In this document: one piece after another, positions 36,901 to 48,232 of the stretch
Layout: every line of letters starts with the position of its first letter
Numbering within the stretch: the stretch's first letter is position 1
DNA from: Antedon mediterranea
Taxonomy: Eukaryota > Animalia > Echinodermata
Reading direction: 5' to 3'
Length of the DNA stretch: 64,000 nucleotides
NCBI RefSeq assembly: GCF_964355755.1
Contig: NC_092672.1
Location: forward strand, 25,550,437-25,614,436
Notes under the pieces: generated by a model
Database searches by the model: none
What the model was told of the DNA's origin: nothing
Seen by the model: the letters and a program-made list of their open reading frames with translations, nothing else
Position numbers and translations under genes: made by a program

Positions 36901-39900
36901 ATACAACCAGTGACACAAATATCTTAAATGGAAAACATCTCTAAAGGACAGAAGCACACTAATTCTGCTTTCTCTCTACAACTTGCTTCTACAAATGCAG
37001 ATAGAGAAAGAGATTTTCTAAGTGAAGTATCATTTTGTTTGAAAGAGGCTGATCATAAAGATATTAACTTGAATACAGAGAGTCGACAAAATCTAAATGA
37101 TGTGGTTAAACTATATCCCTATATATGTATATGAGAGGACATGTATGTGTGGGACTTGCTGGATTTACATCAATTGATCAGGGTCATTGAGCATGGTATC
37201 ATTGGAATAACACAAATTAATGATTTCATCAGAGCTGTCAAATCTAGTTAACATTTAAAGAGAGATGATATCCCGATTAATGAAGAATGCTGCAATTCGC
37301 ACAAAGGTGTTTGTTGGCCATGGCATGATGAAATTGGACAGAAAATGTTTGAGGCATTGGTAAAAGTCTTGTAGAAGGAAAACTGTCTATATGGAATCCT
37401 AAGAAAAAGACGAATATTGGCAAAAAATATATATGACGGTGAATACAGGTGACAAACTTATCAAAGTAAAAGAAGACTCCTATAGAGATTATTTGCCGGT
37501 GAAATGAGGTATTTCAGTTATTTTGCCAATTTGTTTCTGAACAAGGTTGTTGGGAATGCAGATCAGTCTGTGGAAGTTCAATGGATACAGTAGTAGAGAA
37601 CGAAGGAAGGTCAACTTACTGTATCGCATTCAAGATTAGAAATATTTCATTGAAGGACTTTGGCAGAGTTAGTTGTCATTTAACTGAAGAAGTTTATGAG
37701 ATGTTTTAATATGAAGAAGTGTTCTGTCAGTACTGTAGACCTCCTGATGGTCAACATTTTGTGTTAATCACCATGTTGTTGTCATAAGCATATCATTTTG
37801 TATATTTCAATCTAATTTTATTTAACTTATACAAGTTTTAATAGAAATTTAACCCATTTTTTAAAAATGGCGGCCATTTTAAAATTCAAAATGGCCGCCA
37901 TTTTGTGTTAATCACCAATGTTGTTGTCATAGGCCTATCATTTTATGTGATTTCAATCAACGTCATAACTTGCACATGTTTTAATAAGAAATTTAATCCA
38001 TTTTTAAAAAATGGCGGCCATTTTGAAAATCAAAATGTCAGAATACTAATGAATATCTCCTAAAACGCTAATCGTCGTTAGACATTGCGCGTCTCACTTG
38101 TGTTCGCCACTCAGTACGTTTTTGAGCAAGCATGTGTATAGGTCCGCGTGTGAAAAGTTCTGTTTCCTTTTTTATGTTTGCCATCCATGTCGTTTTTGGT
38201 CTTCCTTTTGGTTTTTTGGTCTTTCTCTGAGCCTCTCCGAGTGCGATCTTAGCTGGTGTGTTTTCATTTAAACGGAGCAGGTGACCATACCATGTCAGCC
38301 TTCTTTTCTTTAGGTTCTTACTCCACTCATTTTCTCCTGTTCTTTTGTACAAATCTTCATTTTTTATTTTCTCCGGCCACCTTATACCTATTATTAGGAA
38401 TTTTCTTTGAAAGACATCGATTTCGCTTTTTAGTGATGCTGTCATTGTCCACAGTTCACAATTATACAGAAAGATGCTTGTAATGTATACGTTGAAGACT
38501 CTCATTTTCAGGTTTATTGTTATTTTTCTATTTGGAGTATGAATACTAATGAAAATAGGTTTATAATAATTCTTATATAGCAGAGAACCCATATGAACTT
38601 AAAAAAAAAAAAATCAGAGAGAGAGAAACAGGTGTTTTTTCAAAAGAGATTTAAAGGAGGAGAAATTGTAAGAGTTACGAATGCTTAAAGCCCCATTCCC
38701 TACGTTTTTTAGATCTAATTTAAGATCACAAACTATATTTAATGTAAAAATAATACTATATGGTCCTATTGCGATAACTTTTTTCGTCTTTAAACGGTTA
38801 AAAATGTGAAAAATAAATCGATTTTAATAATTATAGCGGCCCGCTATAAATCCCAAAATGCATTGCGCGCGGATTGATATTTTTGTTTTTCACCTGTAAT
38901 TCGCCCACTTTTCGATCGATCGTGAAGCCAAAACAAATGGAAGACTCCTAACTTTTCAGCGAAAATACCGGGTGTTCCCCAATTTGTATCAACGGAGTCT
39001 GGCAAAAATAGAAAGACAATTAATGCAGCAACTATACAACGTCAGGCTAGGTATATAGCTAGCGTACGATGTTCGTACGTTACCGATGTTTACCAGCTAG
39101 GCCTACAAAACTAAGCCTAGCTAGGCTAGGCCTGAGACCGTCCACGAGAGGTCGATCGCCGCGAGCTACTTAGGTAGTGCATTGTTTCTCACTTTTTATC
39201 ATAATTTACCATAAAACGTACATTTAAGACAAGGAATGACATGGTTTAATGTTTTTAAAGTGATATATATGTATTATTTTCCAAAAAACGTCCAAAATTG
39301 CAGGGAAGGGGTCTTTAAAGGTAGAGAATTAAAGAAAGAAGGAGCATTGAAACTAAAAGAAAGTTTAAAGATTTCAAGGTACAGTGTAGCTACATGATCA
39401 TAGAAGGCGCCAATATGGCTTATTTGGGGGTTTATTTTAGTAACTCGCCTTTTAACCATCAACATAATATGATCATTTTACTAAAAACTATATTTTAAAC
39501 ATTAGAAATAAAAATATCACGTGATGTGCCTCAACAAAAATTATTATGCACTGATATTTAAAAATTTAGATTTACGAACGGCATATGGATGTGAGACTTA
39601 CTTTTAAATTATTTAATTAAATGATTATTATAAATGAAGAAATAATAGATATATCAAATTAATTAAAAACTATGGTATCACCATATACATCGTTTCATAA
39701 AAACACGTGCAGGAGGCCTAGCCTACAGTATAGACATTTCAAACGTATGGTTATTAGTAATAGACGTCATTTTACCTGGCCATCGACAATGATTGTATGT
39801 GTTTTGTCCATGATTTGATACGTACACACTAACAAGTGCGTGTTTTTTTTTAAAGGGGAATCCCCGTCAGCAAAATAACGTACTGTTGAGGAAACAGCTA

Positions 39901-40776
39901 CATGATCATAGAAGGCGCCAATATGGCTTATTTGGGGGTTTATTTTAGTAACTCGCCTTTTAACCATCAATATAATATGATCATTTTACTAAAAACTATA
40001 TTTTAAACATTAGAAATAAAAATATCACGGGATGTGCCTCAACAAAAATTATTATACACTTAATACTACGGACATAAATAAAATTAAATGATAAAAATGT
40101 GATCGAATAATATGTTGCTAACGACATGGATATGATATATCTGCCACAATATGCATAAGTATAAAAATGGATACGCTGGCTTTACGTGCTATACATTGTA
40201 ACAATTATTGTTTTAAAATAAATTATTCTCTTTTACGTAAAAAAAAAAAATATTTATTAACCAAATAAAAAATATCCACATAAATAATCTAGGCCTAGGC
40301 CTAGTTCCTATAAAAATATATCAATTAAATTTATATAAACGAAGAAAATGTATATATCCTCTAGCTAGCATGCATCCCGCTCCATACAAAATAGCGCGAC
40401 CGATTTCAAACGCGACCAATAATATCATCAAAAGTATCTAGCCTAGGCCTAGCTAGTGGCGCGCCATACAAAATACAGTTGATTTTATCGTGACTGATTT
40501 CATCGTAAACCGGATGAGCCTAGTAGCTTAGCTAGTAGACTAGTAGTAGGCCTAGGCCTAGGCCTATTAATTATTACTAGGCCTAGCCAAACATAAGCCT
40601 AGTAGTACTACTATTATTTAGCTAGTACCCACTTATAGGCTAGTATAGTATAGGCTAGACTAGAGGCTCCTAGCTAGGCCTACCCCCCTAGCTAGGCCTA
40701 TCTTATGATGATATAAATAAATTTGAACGATACATTTACCTTTAACATTTGCAGTAGTAGGAATTACACACTTCAT
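21907..40776 (-). CDS. RAD9A: Cell cycle checkpoint control protein RAD9 (9-1-1 clamp subunit), 13 exons, 443 aa
   Basis: Exons in transcript order: 40776-40740, 30532-30462, 29656-29501, 28831-28717, 26632-26533, 25916-25810, 25577-25471, 25190-25126, 24768-24616, 24169-24089, 23793-23696, 23160-23030 and 22017-21907. They total 1332 nt, are all GT-AG and keep an open frame. Peptides [86 protein letters not shown] and VLAEDTEDED match RAD9. It is probably the pro-ortholog of vertebrate RAD9A and RAD9B. Confidence 0.96.
22430..22943. mobile_element. TTAA-flanked MITE (Kolobok-like), family C copy 1
   Basis: ttaa|agtcccattccctac ... gtagggaatctgtct|ttaa. The body is highly similar to 38689-39314. 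Confidence 0.75.
24416..24582. repeat. Tandem repeat of about 33 bp, 5 copies
   Basis: A tgcccctcagccaggtcaatatttgtatacta-like unit is repeated in a RAD9 intron. Confidence 0.85.
27121..27340 (-). mobile_element. LINE (CR1/L2 group) 3'-end fragment with (ATT)n tail
   Basis: The minus strand encodes GLSTFTSAASCLWNDLPASIRSCSSTTAFKSALKTHLF, followed by a (TTA)n tail at 27121-27148. Confidence 0.8.
27462..27770. repeat. 53-bp tandem repeat, about 6 near-identical copies
   Basis: Unit ttatttgtaccattgcactcaatccattagtcacttcagtaaatgagtgagta starts at 27462, 27515, ... Confidence 0.95.
32196..33014. mobile_element. 819-bp foldback element with TATGG...CCATA termini and 6-bp TSD (IS3EU-like non-autonomous)
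   Basis: tatggaacgccgtttacgcaacatttcgatg ... catcgaaatgttgcgtaaacggcgttccata is flanked by ggttgt on both sides (32190-32195 and 33015-33020). The arms contain (aatgttttgaatga)n arrays. Confidence 0.8.
33755..34798. repeat. Near-identical direct repeat pair of about 290 bp (33755-34035 and 34499-34798)
   Basis: aagtttattctcaaagggcccatatatttacctaccg...gcgaagcctcctcgc occurs twice. The second copy has a short insertion. Confidence 0.9.
36500..38045 (+). mobile_element. Decayed Academ-like transposase remnant with aaaatggc(g/c)gcc subterminal repeats
   Basis: Frameshifted peptides GIIGITQ (about 37195) and DEIGQKMFEALVK / LVEGKLSIWNPKKK / GDKLIKVKED (37327-37480) resemble Academ ORF segments as I recall them. 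Repeated aaaatggcggccattttg motifs lie at 37863-38030, with related motifs at 31480-31660. Confidence 0.5.
38068..38540 (-). mobile_element. RTE-clade LINE, 3' ORF fragment
   Basis: FLYNCELWTMT...IDVFQRKFL..IGIRWPEKIKNEDLYKRTG...KRRLTWYGHLLRL..TPAKIAL..KKPKGRPKTTW is the typical RTE C-terminal region. Confidence 0.88.
38689..39314. mobile_element. TTAA-flanked MITE (Kolobok-like), family C copy 2, inserted in a CR1/L2 LINE fragment
   Basis: ttaa|agccccattccctac ... gcagggaaggggtct|ttaa. Joining the flanks restores the minus-strand LINE peptide SFSFNAPSFFNSLPLSIRNSYNFSSFKSLLKKHLF. Confidence 0.85.
39388..40060. repeat. Direct repeat pair of about 165 bp (39388-39552 and 39896-40060)
   Basis: agctacatgatcatagaaggcgccaatatggc...aaaaattattat(g/a)cact occurs twice, 508 bp apart. 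The spacer shares motifs (aaaacacgtgcagg, ggggaatcccc) with the interior of the 47400 MITE. Confidence 0.88.
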
Positions 40777-40914
40777 TTAAAGTTGTGGTAAAGTCTTCTA
40801 TCTAGGCCTAGCCTACTTTTATCTTACCAACACATCTCAAGAACAGAATTAACATGTATGGTGATTGTATCAGCCTAGACCAAAGTCCAAAGATAAGTTA
40901 TAAGTTCTTTGCTA

Positions 40915-40985
40915 TGGGTGGCGCCATTTTGTGAGCCATGGAGAGAGGGGGATTGAGTAATTGACTGAGGAGTAGGGCGCCCGCA
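40915..40985 (-). promoter_or_regulatory. Probable RAD9 core promoter/5' region with YY1-like motif
   Basis: caaaatggcgccacc lies on the minus strand (40918-40932), about 150 bp upstream of the RAD9 ATG. tagggcgcccgc lies at 40974. The TSS cannot be determined. Confidence 0.4.
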
Positions 40986-41075
40986 TCAAATTAGAAAGTC
41001 AAAATCATAGAGGGGTTCTGATATTTTAATTGTGAAGGATGCACCACCTTTGCTGCTAATAGTACAGGAAAGATA

Positions 41076-44000
41076 GGGTGTGTCGAAAGCGAAGACCTCG
41101 AAAGCGAAGATCGAAGACCGAAGACCTCGAAAGCGAAGACCCTACGAAATGGTAGTGTGCACAAAATCCGACCAAAATCGATGATAACACCTTGAATTTA
41201 CAGATTCTAAAAAAATATTTCGATTTTAATCGTTATGTTATCAAAAAACATGACTTTATCTATGAACAAGCTCACGTGTTTTCGCCAATGGAGTTAATAT
41301 GTGATATAGTTTTACGAACAAACACATCGCGCTATTTGCAAGGCGACGGACACACAAGAAGGACCTCGAATTGAATGCAATATTAAATGTCACTTTTTCC
41401 GATAACTTTGTATTGTAGCACACGTCGCCTACAATTTAAAACCATAGCCAACTGTATAGAAAAGTATAGAAATAAACTACACAGTAAAGTAAATAAATTA
41501 AAGTAAGTAAATTGTAAGAAGTAAAGGATGGCGATAGGCATTTAGCCTAATTTTAGAGCCTATATAAAAAGTGTCCGTATCATAGATTTTACACTTGTTT
41601 TTAAAAATGTTATACGTACGCGTGAATACAACTAAGAGATCCTTTTTTTTGCATTTAAATATTATTATGTTGATGTATGTTTATTATCTATAATATTTGC
41701 CTATTTGTATGAATAAATACAATAAGATATTTATTTTCCTGGAGTTATTCTGTATAGTATTTTAAACTTGTACATTTTCCCCATTGTAGCCAATACTACA
41801 GTATTACTGATTTAATTATTCGCCAGTTTAAAAATGTTTTTCTAATGTATTCATAATGGACAAATAATATTATCAGTATCGGTTAGTGTGGTTGGTGAAG
41901 CGACAGTACTATGTAAAGAAGAAAAATGTAAAATAAATATTTCATTAACCAACGTATGAACTACTAAACGAAAACATCCTGCCGCAACGTATTGTATTGA
42001 ACGCGCGCGCAACATAAGAAAATACTCTTCTATCTATTTTTGCATCCCCTCTTACGATCGAGAATCATGAAGAACGTAAAGCAGTCGGCGTTGAACACGT
42101 CGGTTCCCACTTGTGATGACACGCAAATTTGTTCTTAAGGCGCACTTTGCGTCGATCTGGATACTAATTCCAGCTCTTAAAATATTTCCCGGGTCAAAAT
42201 TGGCAGAATATATTCAAATTATGATTTGACAAGAAGTAAAAAGAACGAACGATATAGGCATCAGCGTTCTGCAAATTTTGGTTATAAATCGGTCGTTTCC
42301 TGCGACATATCATCTGTTTCACGGCTTCCATAATTCCGAATAATTATGCCATTATGTGAACGTTCACAAAGACAAAAGCCATTCAAAACAAAGATTGAAA
42401 TAAAAAATATTCCCTCCAAAATTACAAGTTGCCGATTTTGTTACAATATGATTAGTGACGATAGTGTGTTCACGTTTAATTTATTTTTCAATATTAAAAC
42501 GGGTGTTTATTCATATCGGTATTACGTTTACCGACACTGTCAAAAGATTAGTTTAATGAAGTTCCAGTTCCGCCAACCACAATTTTCCTCATCATCAAAT
42601 AAAAAACTGACTTTTGTTTTCAAGCATTGCCCGTGGTGAATACAAAAAGAGATACTCTCTATAAATCTTTATTAAGTGATGGTGAATGTTTATCGGGCTT
42701 AACCACTCTAACCCCCAACCTTCTATCTCACAGGCTTGTGGTTGAGACGACTATTCAACAGTCTCCCGATTTTCAACAGATTGTCGACGTCCCGCTTCTA
42801 AATGTTTGCATCCCTGCCATGAGTGTCCATTAACAAAAGAAAACATAACATTTTAATTAAGAAACAGGTTACCGGTTGTTGACCATTTAAATATAGAATT
42901 GACACTAATACAAACAAATCTAACAGAATTATACTATTATAACGGGTTAACGATCAAGAAAAATGTTCAGAGTGTGATGTCTATCGTTCGTTCTACAGTA
43001 TTAGCCTTTTGTCAAATCATAATTTGAATACAGTATTATTTTTTACTTTGACAATACAAAGATATAAAATAAAGTTCCGTTAGTTCACGGTAAGCTGTTG
43101 GGACGAACTGTCATTGGCCCGAGAAATATTTTAAGAGCTGAAATTGGTTTTCAGATCGACGCAAAGTGCGCCGTAAGAAAATAACGTTGCGTGACGTGTC
43201 ATCACAAGTGGGAACCGATGTGTTCAACACCGTTTCTGCTTTATTACGTTCATCATGATCCTCGATCTTAAGAGGGGATGCAAAATAGATAGAAGATAGA
43301 TAGATAGATTTTCTGTTGCGCGCGCCAATGATACGTTGCGGCAGAATTTGTTTTGTTTAGTGGTTCATACGTTGGTTTTAATGAAATATTTATTTTCCTT
43401 AAAAGGAAAATAAATATTTCATTAACCAAAAAAAATTTACATTTTTCTTTACATCATCGGTCGCTTCTCCAACCACACTAAATATTCTGATACTGATATA
43501 GGCCCTATTATTTGTCTATTATGAATACATTAGAAAACATTTTGAAACTGGCGATTAAGTAAAATAGCAATAGTTACAATGGGAAAATGGAAAAGTTTAA
43601 ATACAATACAGGAAAATGAATATCTTATTGTATTTATTCATACATTTAGATAATAAACAATAGGCAAATATTATAGATAAAAAACACATAGCAACATATT
43701 TAAATGCAAAAAAGATCTCTGTACCTAACATTTAAAAGCAAGTGTAAAATCTATGATACGGACACTTTTTATAGGCCTATAGGCTCTAAAATAAACCTAA
43801 ATACCGGGCCTACCGCCATCCTTTACTTCTTACAATTTACTTACTGTAGTTTATTTCTATACTTATAAACAATTGGCTATGATTTTAAATTGTTATCGGA
43901 ACAAGTGACATTTAATGTGCGAGGTCCTTCTTGTGCGTCCGTCGCCTTGCAAATAGCGCGATGTGTTTGTTCGTAAAACTATATCACATATTAACTCCAT

Positions 44001-44221
44001 TGGCGAAAACACGTGAGCTTGTTCATAGATAAAGTCATGATTTTTTATAATATAACGATTAAAATTGAAATATTTTTTCAGGATCTGTAAATTCAAGGTG
44101 TTATCACGATTTTGTATGATTTTGGTCGGATTTTGTGCACACTGCCATTTCGTAGGGTCTTCGCTTTCGAGGTCTTCGGTCTTCGATCTTCGCTTTCGAG
44201 GTCTTCGCTTTCGACACACCC
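41076..44221. mobile_element. 3.1-kb Mutator-like (MULE) foldback element with inverted arms of about 1.15 kb
   Basis: gggtgtgtcgaaagcgaagacctcgaaagcgaagatcgaagacc... at 41076 has its exact reverse complement ending at 44221. The arms remain alignable to about 42235 and 43007. Flanks ggaaagata / ggaaaggta form a 9-bp TSD with one mismatch. Confidence 0.88.
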
Positions 44222-46184
44222 GGAAAGGTATGCTCAGAATCAGTAAAAGGTTGAAAAAATTGCAACAGAATTTTTTTCACCACAATGTGCATTTCTATAA
44301 GGTCCCTATATGAACATACTAAAAGTCTAGAAAAATCCAGGTAGGGGAAATAGGTTTTTTTAAACAAAATGGCCGCCAATGGCGAAAAATGTCTAAAAAA
44401 AATGAACAAAAAACATATATTTTATATCTAATTACCACTTGATAGCAGTTTTTATAATGCTTTTTATATTTCTTTAGTGTCAAACATTTAAACTGCAATA
44501 TACATATTAATTTAAGTGCTATTTAGCAACAAAAACACACATTTAAGTATCAAGATATCACCACGGTTATAATAATTAATAGACAACGTATAGTCCTATG
44601 CATTATAATGCAGGATTACGGTGTCTAATATTAAAACAGCTCATTTACATTTGTACTGTCACAACAATAGAATTATACAATCTTACAATCTATTAATCCA
44701 TTTATTTTCATTGTCCAGTTATCATCCTCTGTCTATAGGTAGGAATTAAGCATGTGCTGCGGCCGTGATGGTATTCGTCACAAACAGTGGTACTGGTGGT
44801 AAATTTGTCATCAATGGACACATCACGCCATTTGTAACTTTCCATTCCCCAGTCTGTGGGTTGAAGAAGAGTACTTTCTTTCCACTGCTGTACCATGGTA
44901 ATTAAATATACACGCAGGGAATGACATTTTGCAGCATTTGTTGTAGGGGGAATAGACTTTATTTCAAGTGCTGTTTTGCTTTTTGCTACTTTCTCCCAGA
45001 ACGTATTCCTCCATACAGTATAGCTACCAATGCCAATTCCTCTGATGCGATGGTTTCTTTTTTTTTTGGAGACGTTTGGTTTTACAGAGTTTGTAAGCAT
45101 ACTACTGCCCAGGTGTTATGACTTTTTAAGACCTTTTCCTATACCAAATAGATGGGATGTAGTATCATATCCCTGGATTCCATGTATAAAAAGCAAACTA
45201 ATTTTTACAGAGCTTCACACCAAGGACAGACTTTACATGCATTCACAGTGCTCCCCCATCGAGAACATACAGTATTAAATCAATGAATGAAGCAACCGTG
45301 ACAGAATATAAATTTAAGAGGAAAGAACACATGGGTCAAACCAACCATATTCATTAATAAAGAAGCAGTGCACATTCCCTCACATATACTATTTCATCAT
45401 CTATGTGAGACAGTCATACACAATGCATCATTTGGTGAAAAAGAATCTTATACTTTTCCTGCAGCCCTCTTTTACTCCATTGACTCCATACACACTGCTA
45501 GACTACTCAGAAACCTTCATCTCACTGCCCACTGTTTGCTACATCAAACCTTTTGGCCCGAAACAGCAACATTTCAAGACACTTATTATGTACCATGTAT
45601 GTTTGTTACGTTATGTGAAGGCAAAGTAAACTATTGTGTTTAATGGCTATAATTATGGGCCGTAAGTAAATTTGGTTTAGGAAGAGGTGTTGGCCTTAAA
45701 AATCATCACATCACAGTAGGAGTTGTATGTCAAATTCTGTAAACCAAACAGTTTAAAAAAAAAAAGAAAACATTGCATCAGGAATTTGGCATTGGTACCT
45801 ATATATTATGGAAGGAAGTCAATGGAGACTTTAGACAGCCTCTTTTCTTTGAGAAAGTTGCAAAAAGCAAATCTATTCCCTTGCTGCAAAATTTCATTTC
45901 GTGAGTCTTTATTACCAGGTATAGCAGTGGATAGGAGATAGTCTTCAACCCACAGACTAGGGATGGAAAGTATTGATGACAAATTGACTACCAGCACCAG
46001 AGAAACTATTAAAGTTGATTAGATGTACCTATAAATAAGGTTGTAGTAAAATGAATTGCCGTTGCAGAAAATATGGTTTGGACTGCTGCTCCACTATTTT
46101 TTAAGAATGCCACGGCATCAGCACATGCTCAATTCCCCACCAATAGATGGAGGATGAGATACTGACAAGATGAAAGTGAAATTA

Positions 46185-46578
46185 CCGCATTTATTTGAAT
46201 AAATGCCCTTGGTGGTTGATTTTTAAGGAGGGTAGTGGGGGCGTGTAATCGTCGTGAGGAGTTTATTCGGAGAGGCGTATATTTTTGTGGGTGTAATGTG
46301 GGAAACGTGTACAATCAAATAAATACACCCTTTAGATATGAACAAATACAACACCATTCAGTGAATTCTATTACAAATAGAGATGTGTTAAAATACAATA
46401 TTGTGTATAATATGCATGTGGCGGGGCGTACATTCGAGGAAATAAATTCAAAATGATGTCCGATGGGAGCGGGGGAGGGGGTGCGGTGGCGTAGGTTATT
46501 CAAAATGATGTCCTATGGAGGGGAAGGGGGGAATTTATTCGATTTTTCTAAATGTAGCGTTTATCCGAATAAATACGG
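46185..46578. mobile_element. Tc1/mariner (pogo/Tigger-like) MITE nested in the Academ element; partial relatives at about 29300-29490 and 35450-35770
   Basis: TA|ccgcatttatttgaataaatgcc ... gcgtttatccgaataaatacgg|TA. Confidence 0.65.
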
Positions 46579-47399
46579 TAATAGATTGTGGCGCAAGGAT
46601 TTTCCCGATGAGGGAGGGAGAGGTGGAGAGCGCAGCCAGCATCAATTGGCTGGGCCATCAATGGGAGCGCACCCAGAGGTTCCGATAATATTATACCGGT
46701 AAAGGGTAGTTTTACTCACTTTTAAAAATGAAAATCCTTGAAACTGCACTCAATGGGGTATTGTTTTATATTAGGAAATATCATCATATTATTGTCTATA
46801 TACATAAAAAATAGCCAATTGTGGAGAGGGGATGGGGGGACGGACAGACTCCCTCACCCTTCCCATTTGATCTCCCATCCCTATACCACCCCTCCCCACT
46901 GGCACCACCAATGTTGTAATATATTGTTATAACAGTACAAATGTAAATGAACTGATTTATTAATAGACACCGTAATCCTATGTGTTAAGCATAGGAAGGA
47001 CTGCGTTTTATATATTATTATAACAATAGGGATATATCTAGATACTTAAACATTTGTTTTTCGGCCATTTTCTAATTAACAGCACTTAAAATAATGTGTT
47101 TATTGTAGGTCAGATCTTCGAAATTGTAAAGAAATATATAAACCATTGTAAAAACTGTTATAAAGTGGTAAAGATCTATCATTTATGTTTTTTTGTCCTT
47201 TTCTAGGAATTTTCGCCATTGGCGGCCATTTTGTCCATACCTGGATTTTTCTAGACTTTTAGTATATTCATATAGGGACCTTATAGAAATGCATTGTGGT
47301 GAAATAAATTCTGTTGCAATTTTTTCAACCATATTTCATAGTTTTCCTGTACTATAAGTGTGCCACCGATCTAAAGGTGTGATTCCAAATAAATAAATG

Positions 47400-48232
47400 G
47401 GTGCAGGTCAAGTCGGCCCCAAACCGTCTCGGCCAAAGTCAAGTCGGCCCCACGTCAAGTCGGCCCCAAGTCAACTCGGCCTCAAGTCAACTCGGCCTCA
47501 AGTCAATTCGGCCTCACGTCAACTCGGCCAAAAACTAATCGGTCAACTCGGCCACAATAAAGTATGGAACGCAAAAAGTGCTTAATATTATTACGATTCT
47601 TACTATCCACGTTTTAAAAAAAATGAAGAAATAAAAAATATATCATATCATATAAAAAAATGAACTCATTGCCGATATGAATAGAAGTACCCGCGTGTTA
47701 CAAAAAACACGTGCAGGTACCGTATTTTAGGAAATCGAAGACGGAGGCCTACGTTCCACCATTTGGCCATAGAAAAATGAACGTACATCGTTTTTGTGCA
47801 TGATTTGCGTTTTTAAAAAAGGGGAATCCCCCGGTCAGCGAAAAACACGTAGCAGTTGTAGATATCGAAAAAGGCTGGCAAACGCGCAGGGAGGCTCAGC
47901 TACGAAATTTTATTAAACGTAAATAAAGGAAAGTTGGTGAAATCATTCCTATTTTTTTGGCTAAATATATTATTGTCTAAATAATAATTAATTAAAAGTC
48001 AGAATTATTCATAGTTAAAAAATTGTGAAGAAATATTATTTTATCAATCCCCTTCATTTGCACTTTTTGCGTTCCATACTGGGCCGAGTTGAACGATTAT
48101 TTTTTTGGCCGAGTTGACGTGAGGCCGAGTTGACTTGAGGCCGAGTTGACTTGAGGCCGAGTTGACTTGAGGCCGACTAGACTTGGGGACGACTTGACTT
48201 TGGCCGAGACGGTTTAGGGCCGACTTGGATCG
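47400..48232. mobile_element. MITE with long TIRs built from 15-bp subrepeats (probably MULE-like)
   Basis: caagtcggccccaaaccgtctcggccaaagtc(aagtcaactcggcct)n at 47409-47555 has an inverted copy at 48080-48228. The inversion extends to tatggaacgcaaaaagtgc / gcactttttgcgttccata. No clear TSD. Confidence 0.8.

Larger units (their letters stand above)
41060..47354. mobile_element. Academ (AcademX-type) non-autonomous DNA transposon carrying nested insertions
   Basis: Termini TAGTACAGGAAA ... TTTCCTGTACTA are flanked by a 3-bp TSD, TAA (41057-59 and 47355-57). Imperfect inverted arms of about 400 bp span 44222-44635 and 46960-47354. Internal remnants LLFIHGIQGYDTTSHLFGIGKG (minus, about 45130-45197; XPG/FEN1-like H3TH motif) and IPPTTNAAKCHSLRVYL..QQW..PTDWG (minus, about 44850-44955) are present. 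Confidence 0.78.

Noticed and set aside
41192-44409. Paired ORFs 41192-41374(+), 43893-44219(-), 44065-44313(+) and 44104-44409(-) as a duplicated small gene or toxin-antitoxin-like pair
   Set aside because: They are chance readings of the two inverted arms of the MULE foldback element, with no splice signals or recognisable domain.
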